A stretch of 57,460 bases of DNA. It comes from Planctomycetota bacterium (GTDB lineage Bacteria > Planctomycetota > Planctomycetia > Pirellulales > Pirellulaceae). Where the stretch lies: contig JBCBLJ010000001.1 in assembly GCA_038520195.1 (NCBI GenBank), positions 1 to 57,460 of the forward strand, read 5' to 3'. Below the pieces are notes generated by a model that was not told where the DNA came from, ran no database searches, and saw only the letters and a list, made by a program, of their open reading frames with translations. A program made the translations under genes and the position numbers. Numbering within the stretch: the first letter of the stretch is position 1; every line of letters begins with the position of its first letter. Positions 19,958 through 28,832 of this stretch are shown here, one piece after another.

Positions 19958-22900
19958 ATGTCAAAACCTAATGGCGAGGACAATGCTGGCGAGTACCGTG
20001 ACTCCGAACCGCCGACTTCACAGTCGCCCCCGCGGCAACATGGCCCGATGCGGGAAGTGAATCAGGATCAAGAAAGCGACGGCGCAACGCTCCTGTATGA
20101 CTCGCGGGCCGACGACGCAAGTTTCATCAACCCGGACGAAAAGAATCCGGCGCTCAAAGCGATTGACCGCTACGCGATACTTCATGAGCTCGGCACCGGT
20201 GGATTCGGTCGGGTCTTTCTCGCACACGATCCGCGCCTCAATCGCAATGTCGCGATCAAGATTCCGCGACTCGATCGGCCGATCGATCAGACGGTTTGGG
20301 ATCAATTCGTCAGCGAGGCGCGCGCGGTCTCAAACTTGAAACATCCGGCGATTATCCCGGTGTATGACGTGGACCGGACCAGCGAGTGGATCCCTTACGT
20401 CGTGATGGAGTTCGTCGAGGGTGGAACGCTTCGCGATGTCTGTCGCGGGAGACCCGACGCCAGTTACTTGGTGCAACTCATTCGCCAAGTCGCCGAAGGC
20501 TTACGATTCGCCCACGAGCATTGCGTCGTGCATCGCGATCTAAAGCCTTCCAACATCATGATCGACGGCGATGGCCACGCACGAATCGCGGACTTCGGGC
20601 TTGCGATTCACGATGACATGCCGTTGCACCAACTCGGCAAAGGGCTGGCGGGAACACTCAAGTTCATGTCGCCGGAGCAGTTGCGACGTGAGACGCACCG
20701 GCTGGATGGTCGGACGGACATTTGGTCGCTCGGTGTGGTCTTGTACTGGGCATTCACGCTACGCTATCCGTTCGTGTCGGAAACCTATGCTGATTTGCTC
20801 GTGGAGTGCACCACGCGTGAGCCCAAGCCGATCCGGCAAATCAATGAGGCGGCTCCTCTCGAAATCGATCGGATTTGCGCGAGGTGTTTGGCACCCTTGA
20901 TGCCGGAGCGATATCAGAGTGCTGCGGAGTTGATCGAAGACTTATTCTTTCTCGAGAAAAGTCTCGCGTTGGGCAACTCCATGATTACGGAATCGGCCGC
21001 CCCTTCGCGTCCCAACCCCGTCGAAGTCGACGCAGACTCTGACCCGAAAGACTCGCGACTCACCGTCGTCCCGAAGGGGCTACGTTCATTTGACTCTGGA
21101 GACGCGGAGTTTTTTCTCTCGTTGTTGCCCGGACCGCGCGACCGGTTCGGTGTTCCCGATTCGATTCGATTCTGGGTGCAACGACTGACATCCACGGATC
21201 TGGAACTGCCGATCGGACTGATTTACGGGCCTTCGGGAAGTGGCAAGAGTTCGTTCGTGCGTGCCGGATTGATCCCCAGACTTCCCCGCCGTTTTCGGCA
21301 TGTGTATATTGCCTGCTCGAAACAACACACGGAAACGGATCTTCGGCGAAGTCTGCGAAAGCACGTTCATTTGCCGCCCGAGTCGGACAATCAGTTGAGC
21401 GACCTTTTGCGCCGCGCTCGAAAGGGGTTGCGTTCGGGCTCGAAACTCCTGATTGTTCTGGACCAGTTTGAGCAGTGGCTCGATGTTGGCCGAGAGAACG
21501 CGAGTGCGGAATTGGTCGAGGCGCTTCGGCAATGCGATGGAGAGAACCTTCAGTGTCTCCTGCTGGTGCGCGATGATTTTTGGCTACCCACACAAAGCTT
21601 TCTTCGCCACCTCGACGAACAGATTCAAGACGGAACCAACTCGCGGCCTCTGCAGTTGTTTGACCTCCGGCACAGCAGGAAGGTCTTGACCGCATTTGGT
21701 CGCGCGTATGGTGCTTTGCCCGGAAGTGACGAGTTGAGTCGTCAGGAGAAGAGGTTTGTCGACCAGGTTGTAGATCGACTATCAGAAGACCGAAAGGTCA
21801 TTCCCGCTCATATCGCATTGTTCGCAGATATCATGAAGGATCGGGATTGGGGAGGCCATCGTCTTGATAAGGCGGGGGGCCTCGAGGCGTTCGGGATCAG
21901 CTATCTCGAAGAGCAGTTTTCGGCGAAGCATGCGGCGGTTGATCGAAGGCATCGACTCCCGCTTGTGAAGAGCATCTTGAGTGAGTTGATCCCCGAGAGC
22001 GGCGCATCGATCAAGGCGTCGGCGCTGACGGAGCAGGAGTTGGCCGTTCGCTGCTTGCCGGTGCAGTCACAAGTCGCGGGCGATGAAAATCCCCTCGCAC
22101 CGATTCTCGACGTACTCGAGGTGGAGACCAGGGTTCTCACCCGAGTTGCCGAAGAGGAACCACCATCTGGCGACGGAGCTTCTGCTGGAGGGATCTCGTC
22201 GAGCCACGCGACGGGCGAAGTTTCCGATCGGCCGGCGGTGCGGTATCAGCTGACGCACGACATACTTGTTGGCCCGGTTCGTCGTTGGTTAACACAGCAG
22301 CAACGCGAGTCTTGGACCGGACGGGCGGAGTTGTGTTTAAAGGCCGTGACACAGGAATGGACCAATTCATCGGATAGTCGACGCCTCCCGCCGCTGTTGG
22401 AGTACGCCTCCATCCTCTTTGGGACCTCACGCAGTCGATATAGCGCTCGAGAGAAAAGTCTGATCCATGCCGCGGACCGCTACTACCTTTCGCGCGTCTT
22501 GTGTCTCGCGGTCTTCGTCGCAGTGCTTTCCGTGACGTGGTTGGCCTATCGCAATCAACTTGATCGACAAGCAGCTCGCACGCAGATTCGAGCGGCGCTT
22601 GATGCGAATCACCAAGCGGTGGGGACGCACTTGGCGATGCTTCGGGGATCGGCGGAGCACGTTCCCGCGCTGCTAACGGAAATCGACTCACAATCGCTAT
22701 CTCCTTCAACCCGCTTGAGATTTGACTACCTTCGAGCGCACTACGGCGAGGAGCCCGCCGGGGACGTCGCGGCGGCACTATTGGATCAGATCGACGTGCC
22801 GGAATCGAACGCCTGCGCGAACTTCGTCGCGGCTTTGGAAGCACTCGCGTCGCGGTCGGTTCGGTCGGAGTTGCTTGACGAACTGTCGCGTCGCATTGGG

Positions 22901-24112
22901 AACGCCGAGTCTCTGCGTGGCAAGGTCCGATTAGCGATCGTCCAATCGCACCTCGGCGTTTACGATGGTCTCAAGCATTGTCTTCAAGACCGGACGCGGA
23001 CGGCACTTCGCACCGTGTTCGTGGACGAGTTTTCGCATTGGCGTGATGATCTTCACGGTTTTCTTCCACCTCCATCGACACTTCAGGAGCACGAGCTGCT
23101 TTGCGTTTGCAAAGCGGTCGCCGGCGTTGACCCAAGTTCGTTTTCAGAGACGGAAATCGGTTTTGCAAAGAGTTGGCTTCAAGCAACATTGGAGCGAGCT
23201 TCTACGGGAGGGTTGATCGTCGCCAGTCTTCATGCACTGCGCATGCATGCCGCCGAAGACTTCGAGGCGATTCGTCGAGTAGCGATGCCTCAGAGTGGCG
23301 CATTCCAAACGGTCGTCGTTGCTGTGGGAGAGGAAGTCCATCCGATCGAGTTTGTTGAAATCCCCGCGGGTCAGGCTCAGTTCGCCGCTGGTGCCCCCGA
23401 TAAGGTTCAGACCTTCATCGAGGGAGCAAGCAGTCAAGTCTCCGAATCGTTTTATTTGGCTTCGCGTGAAGTGAGTGCGAAGCTATTCTTCGCCTTTGTC
23501 GATGATTCGACGACGCCCGTGGAAATCAGGAAAACGTTTGCGAGCCATCCGTTGCGAGCGTTGCAATCGGCCGATCTCCCGATGTACAGAGTCTCCCGCA
23601 ATCATGCGGCGCAATTTTGTAACTGGCTGAGCCAGCGGCAAGGGCTTCCGCCCGCATACTTGCCGGCCAGATTAGGTGGCGAAGAAGACTGGGCACCGAA
23701 CGATGGCAGTGGCGGCTTTCGGTTGCCGAGTCTCGCCGAGTGGGATATCGCGGCACGGGCCTACTCAGAGACCGCCTTCTTTTTTGGTGACCGTTCTTTG
23801 ATGCCGCTTGTGAATCGGTACGCTTGGTCATCGGTGGAGTCATTGCCGTATCCGACCGTCGAAGTCGGTCCGCGCGGAGTCAAGTTGCCGAACGACTTTG
23901 GCGTTTATGACCTGCTCGGAAACGCCGGTGAATGGACTCACGATCGATTGGTGAATTTCGAATTGTACGCCGTTCGTGGTGGCGATGTACGTTGTGCGCC
24001 CTTTCGGCTTCGATCCGCTGAATTCATCCCGGTGATCCCGAGTGACACCTCACAGAATGGAGGAGTCAGGTTGGTGATTCCAACAGCGACTCTCGGGCGG
24101 CTCAAGCAATAG
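19958..24112 (+). CDS. Ser/Thr kinase + STAND-type (nSTAND1-like) P-loop NTPase + TM helix + FGE-sulfatase-like C-terminal domain
   Basis: Kinase LGTGGFGRV, HRDLKPSN, DFG, MSPEQ; Walker A GPSGSGKSS (~21227); Walker B LLIVLDQFEQ; TM VLCLAVFVAVLSVTWLAY (~22500); FGE motifs FRLPSLAEW and PNDFGVYDLLGNAGEW..RGG. Start is 19883 or 19958. Confidence 0.85.
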   Translation: MSKPNGEDNAGEYRDSEPPTSQSPPRQHGPMREVNQDQESDGATLLYDSRADDASFINPDEKNPALKAIDRYAILHELGTGGFGRVFLAHDPRLNRNVAIKIPRLDRPIDQTVWDQFVSEARAVSNLKHPAIIPVYDVDRTSEWIPYVVMEFVEGGTLRDVCRGRPDASYLVQLIRQVAEGLRFAHEHCVVHRDLKPSNIMIDGDGHARIADFGLAIHDDMPLHQLGKGLAGTLKFMSPEQLRRETHRLDGRTDIWSLGVVLYWAFTLRYPFVSETYADLLVECTTREPKPIRQINEAAPLEIDRICARCLAPLMPERYQSAAELIEDLFFLEKSLALGNSMITESAAPSRPNPVEVDADSDPKDSRLTVVPKGLRSFDSGDAEFFLSLLPGPRDRFGVPDSIRFWVQRLTSTDLELPIGLIYGPSGSGKSSFVRAGLIPRLPRRFRHVYIACSKQHTETDLRRSLRKHVHLPPESDNQLSDLLRRARKGLRSGSKLLIVLDQFEQWLDVGRENASAELVEALRQCDGENLQCLLLVRDDFWLPTQSFLRHLDEQIQDGTNSRPLQLFDLRHSRKVLTAFGRAYGALPGSDELSRQEKRFVDQVVDRLSEDRKVIPAHIALFADIMKDRDWGGHRLDKAGGLEAFGISYLEEQFSAKHAAVDRRHRLPLVKSILSELIPESGASIKASALTEQELAVRCLPVQSQVAGDENPLAPILDVLEVETRVLTRVAEEEPPSGDGASAGGISSSHATGEVSDRPAVRYQLTHDILVGPVRRWLTQQQRESWTGRAELCLKAVTQEWTNSSDSRRLPPLLEYASILFGTSRSRYSAREKSLIHAADRYYLSRVLCLAVFVAVLSVTWLAYRNQLDRQAARTQIRAALDANHQAVGTHLAMLRGSAEHVPALLTEIDSQSLSPSTRLRFDYLRAHYGEEPAGDVAAALLDQIDVPESNACANFVAALEALASRSVRSELLDELSRRIGNAESLRGKVRLAIVQSHLGVYDGLKHCLQDRTRTALRTVFVDEFSHWRDDLHGFLPPPSTLQEHELLCVCKAVAGVDPSSFSETEIGFAKSWLQATLERASTGGLIVASLHALRMHAAEDFEAIRRVAMPQSGAFQTVVVAVGEEVHPIEFVEIPAGQAQFAAGAPDKVQTFIEGASSQVSESFYLASREVSAKLFFAFVDDSTTPVEIRKTFASHPLRALQSADLPMYRVSRNHAAQFCNWLSQRQGLPPAYLPARLGGEEDWAPNDGSGGFRLPSLAEWDIAARAYSETAFFFGDRSLMPLVNRYAWSSVESLPYPTVEVGPRGVKLPNDFGVYDLLGNAGEWTHDRLVNFELYAVRGGDVRCAPFRLRSAEFIPVIPSDTSQNGGVRLVIPTATLGRLKQ

Positions 24113-24136
24113 GCCGTCCTGACGTGAAGTCGGAAG

Positions 24137-25510
24137 CTACAGTTCGTCAGAAAGCGACTTGACCAAACCGCGTTCCGTGCGGATCACTTTCGCGTTATCC
24201 GATTCGTGCTCGACGCCCGTGTCATTGCCATCGATCTCGACACTCGGGTTGGAGTAGTGCAAGATTCGTTTTCCGTAGGCCATCACAGAACATGGCCCGT
24301 CGGTGAAGAGTTGGTGACCGTAGACATACGGGTGAAGCCGATGCGAATCCGGGCAGGAATGACAGTTGGGAGCCCCGGAACAGCCCGAGGTGGCGGTACA
24401 CCAATCTTCGCACCCAAAGAGGTGACCGATCTCATGAGCAAACGTGTACTTTAGAGTGAGCGTGCTCGCGAAGTGTTCCACCACCGAAAATGCGAGCGGG
24501 GCAAAGTCTCCCGGCGTGTTATTGGATTTGTCCAGTGTGTAGGCGATACCCGATACGAGTACGCATGGTTTGGAGACCAACAAACAGACGAGATCGCACT
24601 CATTGTCTCGACGACGATTCGGTAGGTCACTATCAACGACCCCATCCTTGAGTTCCACGAGGATCTGCGGATAGTCTTTGTCATTCTCATCGTACCCGGA
24701 CGCTGGGCCAAAGTGCCCGAGTTCGACCTCGGTGAGGGTCTCCGAATCATTCAGTGCACGGTTTGTTTGAATGATGCAGAAGTCGGCAACGGTCTCGATT
24801 GACGCCGGCAAGTTTCCGTGCACATCAAGCACCTCATCGGTATAGACGATTGCGATTCTCACGGTCGCCGTTGTTGTCGTGGCCGTCTTGCGAGCAGCAA
24901 ATGGCTGGACGGGCAACGGCGCCTTGGCAATCTGATCGCTGGCGCAATCCCGATACAATAGATCCGACTTGCGGACACCCAAAACAGCGTGATGGCCCTT
25001 GCCGACGTAACGGACGGAATAGATCCATCCGTTGTTGAGATCGAAGTTGCCAACCAAGATCTGCTGTTTGGTGATTTGGTCGCCCTCTCGAGTCAAAAAC
25101 TCGTTGACATAGAGATCGAATTCCCCTTTGTTTTCGTCAAGCTTTCCTTTGATCGAAAAAGACCTCTTTTGCGGAGTCGTCTTCAATCGTTGCGCCTCGA
25201 CGTTTCCGAACACAGAGGTGGACGAGTCGAGCGTAAAGCGAAGCGGTCTTGCCTCTTTATCCGAGGAAGCGTCAAGCAACAATGGAAACGCGACATTGAC
25301 GATACGAGCCTTGGAGACCGAGCCCGCCAAGAGATCCCAGTACTCGTCACCAGACTTGATGGATGCGGGCCGAAAAACTTCGAGCGGAGAGAATTCGTAC
25401 ACTTCAGCGTTTTTTGTCGTTGGATTCGTGGCCGGCTGGGCCCACGAAAAACTGCACAACAAGCAAGTCACACCGATCACCAAGCTAGCCTGTCGAATTC
25501 CTTCGTTCAT
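24137..25510 (-). CDS. Secreted metzincin zinc metalloprotease (reprolysin/M12-like)
   Basis: Signal peptide, long pro-region, zinc motif HEIGHLFGCED (HExxHxxGxxD), Met-turn SVMAY, YSNP tail. Confidence 0.8.
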   Translation of the reverse strand: MNEGIRQASLVIGVTCLLCSFSWAQPATNPTTKNAEVYEFSPLEVFRPASIKSGDEYWDLLAGSVSKARIVNVAFPLLLDASSDKEARPLRFTLDSSTSVFGNVEAQRLKTTPQKRSFSIKGKLDENKGEFDLYVNEFLTREGDQITKQQILVGNFDLNNGWIYSVRYVGKGHHAVLGVRKSDLLYRDCASDQIAKAPLPVQPFAARKTATTTTATVRIAIVYTDEVLDVHGNLPASIETVADFCIIQTNRALNDSETLTEVELGHFGPASGYDENDKDYPQILVELKDGVVDSDLPNRRRDNECDLVCLLVSKPCVLVSGIAYTLDKSNNTPGDFAPLAFSVVEHFASTLTLKYTFAHEIGHLFGCEDWCTATSGCSGAPNCHSCPDSHRLHPYVYGHQLFTDGPCSVMAYGKRILHYSNPSVEIDGNDTGVEHESDNAKVIRTERGLVKSLSDEL

Positions 25511-25663
25511 TCTCTACCTCAAAACAAGCGTTTAAGTCCCCGCGAGCAGCGAGGGCTCTCGAGCGTCAATGATGCAAATTCAGGCAAAGGCTGGAACTCA
25601 AAAGAGGCAGCGGCCGCACACCCAATGGCCCGCAAACGTAGCCGAATACTGAATTCAAATGCG

Positions 25664-26134
25664 TTACGGTCCAGAGAACTCGCAACGGCAGGGTCGATTT
25701 GGGCCATTGAGGCACGCATCCAGTCGACAGTTGCAGTAATAATTCTTGTTGGCACATGTCGAATTGGCGAGGCAATCTTCGTACATGTCCTGGCAATCCG
25801 GTGACGGGCCCGGCATTGGCTGCGGAATCACTCCGGGGCATCCGCCGTTATCGACACAACGTGTGTATCGCTTGTCGCAACACTCCAAACATCGGTAGTA
25901 CGCGGCAGTCTGAGCACCATGGGTCGAAGCGCAGCAACTTTCACACTCCCGCCACTGCGCGAGGCAGTCAGGCGGCGGGCACGGGGTCGGACACGGCGTA
26001 GGACAGCATGTCACTGAGCCACAAAGTCGACTCTTCAATCGCTTAAGCAAGCCGCAACGCGTCTTGGCGGAAGCTTCCCCTGCAAATGCAAGACAAAGAG
26101 CAATCATAGATGCGGCGATTGTCAAACGTTTCAC
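25664..26134 (-). CDS. Secreted cysteine-rich protein (23 Cys in the mature 133 aa)
   Basis: AGGAGA RBS before the GTG start; signal peptide ending ASA; two Pro-linked modules that each begin PDC-x6-C. Confidence 0.8.
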   Translation of the reverse strand: MKRLTIAASMIALCLAFAGEASAKTRCGLLKRLKSRLCGSVTCCPTPCPTPCPPPDCLAQWRECESCCASTHGAQTAAYYRCLECCDKRYTRCVDNGGCPGVIPQPMPGPSPDCQDMYEDCLANSTCANKNYYCNCRLDACLNGPNRPCRCEFSGP

Positions 26135-26274
26135 TGGTTATCTCCTAGTTCTGAGAGTCGCGCAATTTCGAAAGGTGTGTGGACATCGAAGTAATTGTTC
26201 CGTTCCGCTCAAGTTAGGTCATGATAGCGAGATGAACCGATGTGAACCGCTGCGATCGGGTCTTCATCGCCACC

Positions 26275-28446
26275 TCAAGTCGCGCTCGATGCTTCAAGCT
26301 GCGTCAGGATCTTGCGTAGGTACCGATCGGTGCCGTGATCGGTCGTGTTCGGGATCCCTTCGAGCGCGATGTTTTCGGTCGCGGGGTCTTCTTGCTCCGC
26401 CTCCAGTTCCTGTCGGAGCCTATCCTGCATCGCTTCGAATTCCTTTTCCGACATCGTGTCGTCAAAGTCGTCGATTGATTCATGAATCGAATCGGCGACG
26501 GTCCCATCGGGCTGAAAGTGAAGCAGCTTGCCGACGTGCTTGTAGCCCGGCGGGACCATCGGCACGAGGTCGTCTTCGTTGACCATCCTGAAAAATCGGT
26601 CCTCGAAGTTTTGGGCCACGTACCCGCGAAAGTCACGCTTGCCCGCGGCGGGTTGGCCGACCGTGTACATCGAAAGCAGATCGTAGCGTTCGTGCCATTC
26701 GGCGGCCGCGATGGTCGCCAACGCGCCCCCCAGGCTGTGCCCCGCGAGTACCAGCTTTTGCTGCGAAGCGGCGTGCCGGTCGATGTACTGCTCGAGCGCG
26801 GGCCGCGCCGACTGAAAGGCATGGTAAAAGCCGCCGTGGACTTTTCCGTAGTTGCCCGCTTCGGTCCCGAAAGTGTTCAAGTTGATCAGCCAATTGCGAC
26901 GATTGGCGGTGCCGCGGAACGCCACGACGACGAGGTCATCCTCAATCGCGACGATCGCCTGCATCGAACCGGGTGTGAAGACTTCGCAGTGTGTGAACTG
27001 GTAACTGCTCAGGACGCGGGCCCGAATCTGGCTGCGCTCCCAATAAGCCATGCGGCTAAAGACGGTGGCCGACAATGCGGTGAGCCAATCGAAACGGTCT
27101 TTGCGCAACGACTGTCTTGAAAACTTCTGCAACGACAACTGGATCGCTGCGTCATCGAGTTGTTTTCGCTTCCGGCGGAAAAGAAGCTCGTTTCCGGAAG
27201 CACCGTCGGCGGTGGGTTTCGAGCCGGCATCCGCTGGTGTCACTCCGGGCGAGGAATCGTCGCCCATCGTCGGTTGTCCGATCGAAACGGATACATGCAA
27301 TGGAATGGTCCAGTTCATTGTCATCGGATTCGACGAATGCGCGTTCGCAACCGCTTGCGTTCCCGTGCTGATCTCGCCTCGGATACTCGTTGCGGTTTCA
27401 ACGGAATCGGCGTGACGCCAGTGGCTATCCCACTCGGACGTCGAAGGCACTGTGCCATCGAACTGAATCGCTGTGTCAACGACGCGTGGATCGCGAGCCA
27501 ACTCATGGGTCGGGACCGCAAAGTTGGCGTCGAGGTAGAGCCCCGCAAAGTGCAAACCGACAACATCACCGCTGGCGATGTCGATGACCGCCGAGCCTGA
27601 ATTGCCCCCGAGCGTCGAGCTGTCGTGCGTCATCGCACTGACGGTCTTGCCGAAACTCCTCAGGTCACGTCGCGTTTTGATCTTTCCAGGTTGAAGTCGC
27701 TTGACGTTGAACACCTTCCCGAAGATTCGATTCTGTAGTTCTTCATCCTTGTTGCGAGAATCCCGGGCCGGATAACCGATGATCGCGATTTCCTTCTCGC
27801 GAAGTTCGTCGGGATGACGGGTCGACAACGTGAGCGGCGTGCGGTCCAACGTACCGTCGACTTCCAAGAGGGCCATGTCCCAATACGGGTGAATCATCGC
27901 GACCCGTTTGACCGAAACCAAATCGGGCGTGGTTGGGATGACTTCGCGTCGAAAGTCGACCGCAGCGGAAAGATTCGGACGAAACGCGAGCTGGCGAACA
28001 CCGGTTCCCGTCGCGAAGAGTTCGGCAACATGCCGATTGGTCATGATCAAATGAGGCGCGACGACAAACCCCGTCCCGCCAAAAGGTGCCTTCGGGTGAT
28101 TTGGGAGCTCGATTCGACCGATCGACGGAATCGCCTTGAGGAGCTTGGACTGGTGATCCGATTGACCGAGGTGTTTCCAGGGTGACGGCGGAGCTGAAAA
28201 CTTGTCACCGATGATATTGATGACCGGCCGGTTTCGCTTAAGAACGATCGCTTCGAGTGCGAACTCTTCCTGAGCGTTGATCTTCTTGTTCTTCATCAGC
28301 CGCGACATCCCGCGATCGATTAGCCCAAGGTCTTTCTCCGAGAGATCGGTCGATTCGAGTCCTGCGCCGGGCGACTCCAACACGTCGGCCGGCGCGACCT
28401 GTGCGAGCATTTTTCTTAGTTTCGCAAGCTTCTCTTTCCGTTCCAT
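26275..28446 (-). CDS. Cytoplasmic fusion of a trypsin-like (V8/Glu-specific-type) serine protease and a class 3 lipase
   Basis: Protease GTGF, TNRH139V, D190MAL, STLGGNS283GS, GLH299; lipase VAFRGT, VHGGF, GHS571LGG, D626LVP, DH704..RY. No signal peptide. Confidence 0.88.
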   Translation of the reverse strand: MERKEKLAKLRKMLAQVAPADVLESPGAGLESTDLSEKDLGLIDRGMSRLMKNKKINAQEEFALEAIVLKRNRPVINIIGDKFSAPPSPWKHLGQSDHQSKLLKAIPSIGRIELPNHPKAPFGGTGFVVAPHLIMTNRHVAELFATGTGVRQLAFRPNLSAAVDFRREVIPTTPDLVSVKRVAMIHPYWDMALLEVDGTLDRTPLTLSTRHPDELREKEIAIIGYPARDSRNKDEELQNRIFGKVFNVKRLQPGKIKTRRDLRSFGKTVSAMTHDSSTLGGNSGSAVIDIASGDVVGLHFAGLYLDANFAVPTHELARDPRVVDTAIQFDGTVPSTSEWDSHWRHADSVETATSIRGEISTGTQAVANAHSSNPMTMNWTIPLHVSVSIGQPTMGDDSSPGVTPADAGSKPTADGASGNELLFRRKRKQLDDAAIQLSLQKFSRQSLRKDRFDWLTALSATVFSRMAYWERSQIRARVLSSYQFTHCEVFTPGSMQAIVAIEDDLVVVAFRGTANRRNWLINLNTFGTEAGNYGKVHGGFYHAFQSARPALEQYIDRHAASQQKLVLAGHSLGGALATIAAAEWHERYDLLSMYTVGQPAAGKRDFRGYVAQNFEDRFFRMVNEDDLVPMVPPGYKHVGKLLHFQPDGTVADSIHESIDDFDDTMSEKEFEAMQDRLRQELEAEQEDPATENIALEGIPNTTDHGTDRYLRKILTQLEASSAT

Positions 28447-28832
28447 TCTCTTGTCCGACCGTCGTGCTGATGCAGCGCTTGCGCTATTCGCGAGCCCCTA
28501 TTTTGGTGACATGATACTCCCTCTCAAATTGGACGAGCGGCATTTTCCACGCGCGTGTTGACACATGCTGCTGCGGCTTCTCGACGCGGGGCTCAGCAGA
28601 ATCCGGATGCGGCTCGGGCGACCTGAAGGCCCACATTTGGCACGTACGCCGAGATCGACCACATGGGCGACGAGAAATCCACAATTCCCTACTAGGACTA
28701 TGTCACTCTGGTGGGCTGTGGCGTTTTGTCACGCTGATTGTAGGGAATTTGCGTGTTGGAGGGATCAGGCTTAGGCTCTGTCACCTGATGTTAGGCGGAT
28801 TCGCTTCAACCAATGACAGAATGAATCTTTAT

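Noticed and set aside
24341-24367. Heme c motif in the metalloprotease (NCHSCPDSH)
   Set aside because: It reads CxxCP, not CxxCH.
25664-26134. Cys-rich ORF as a RiPP (ranthipeptide/lanthipeptide) precursor
   Set aside because: It has a Sec-type signal peptide and no radical SAM, LanM/LanC or transporter gene nearby, so disulfides are more plausible.
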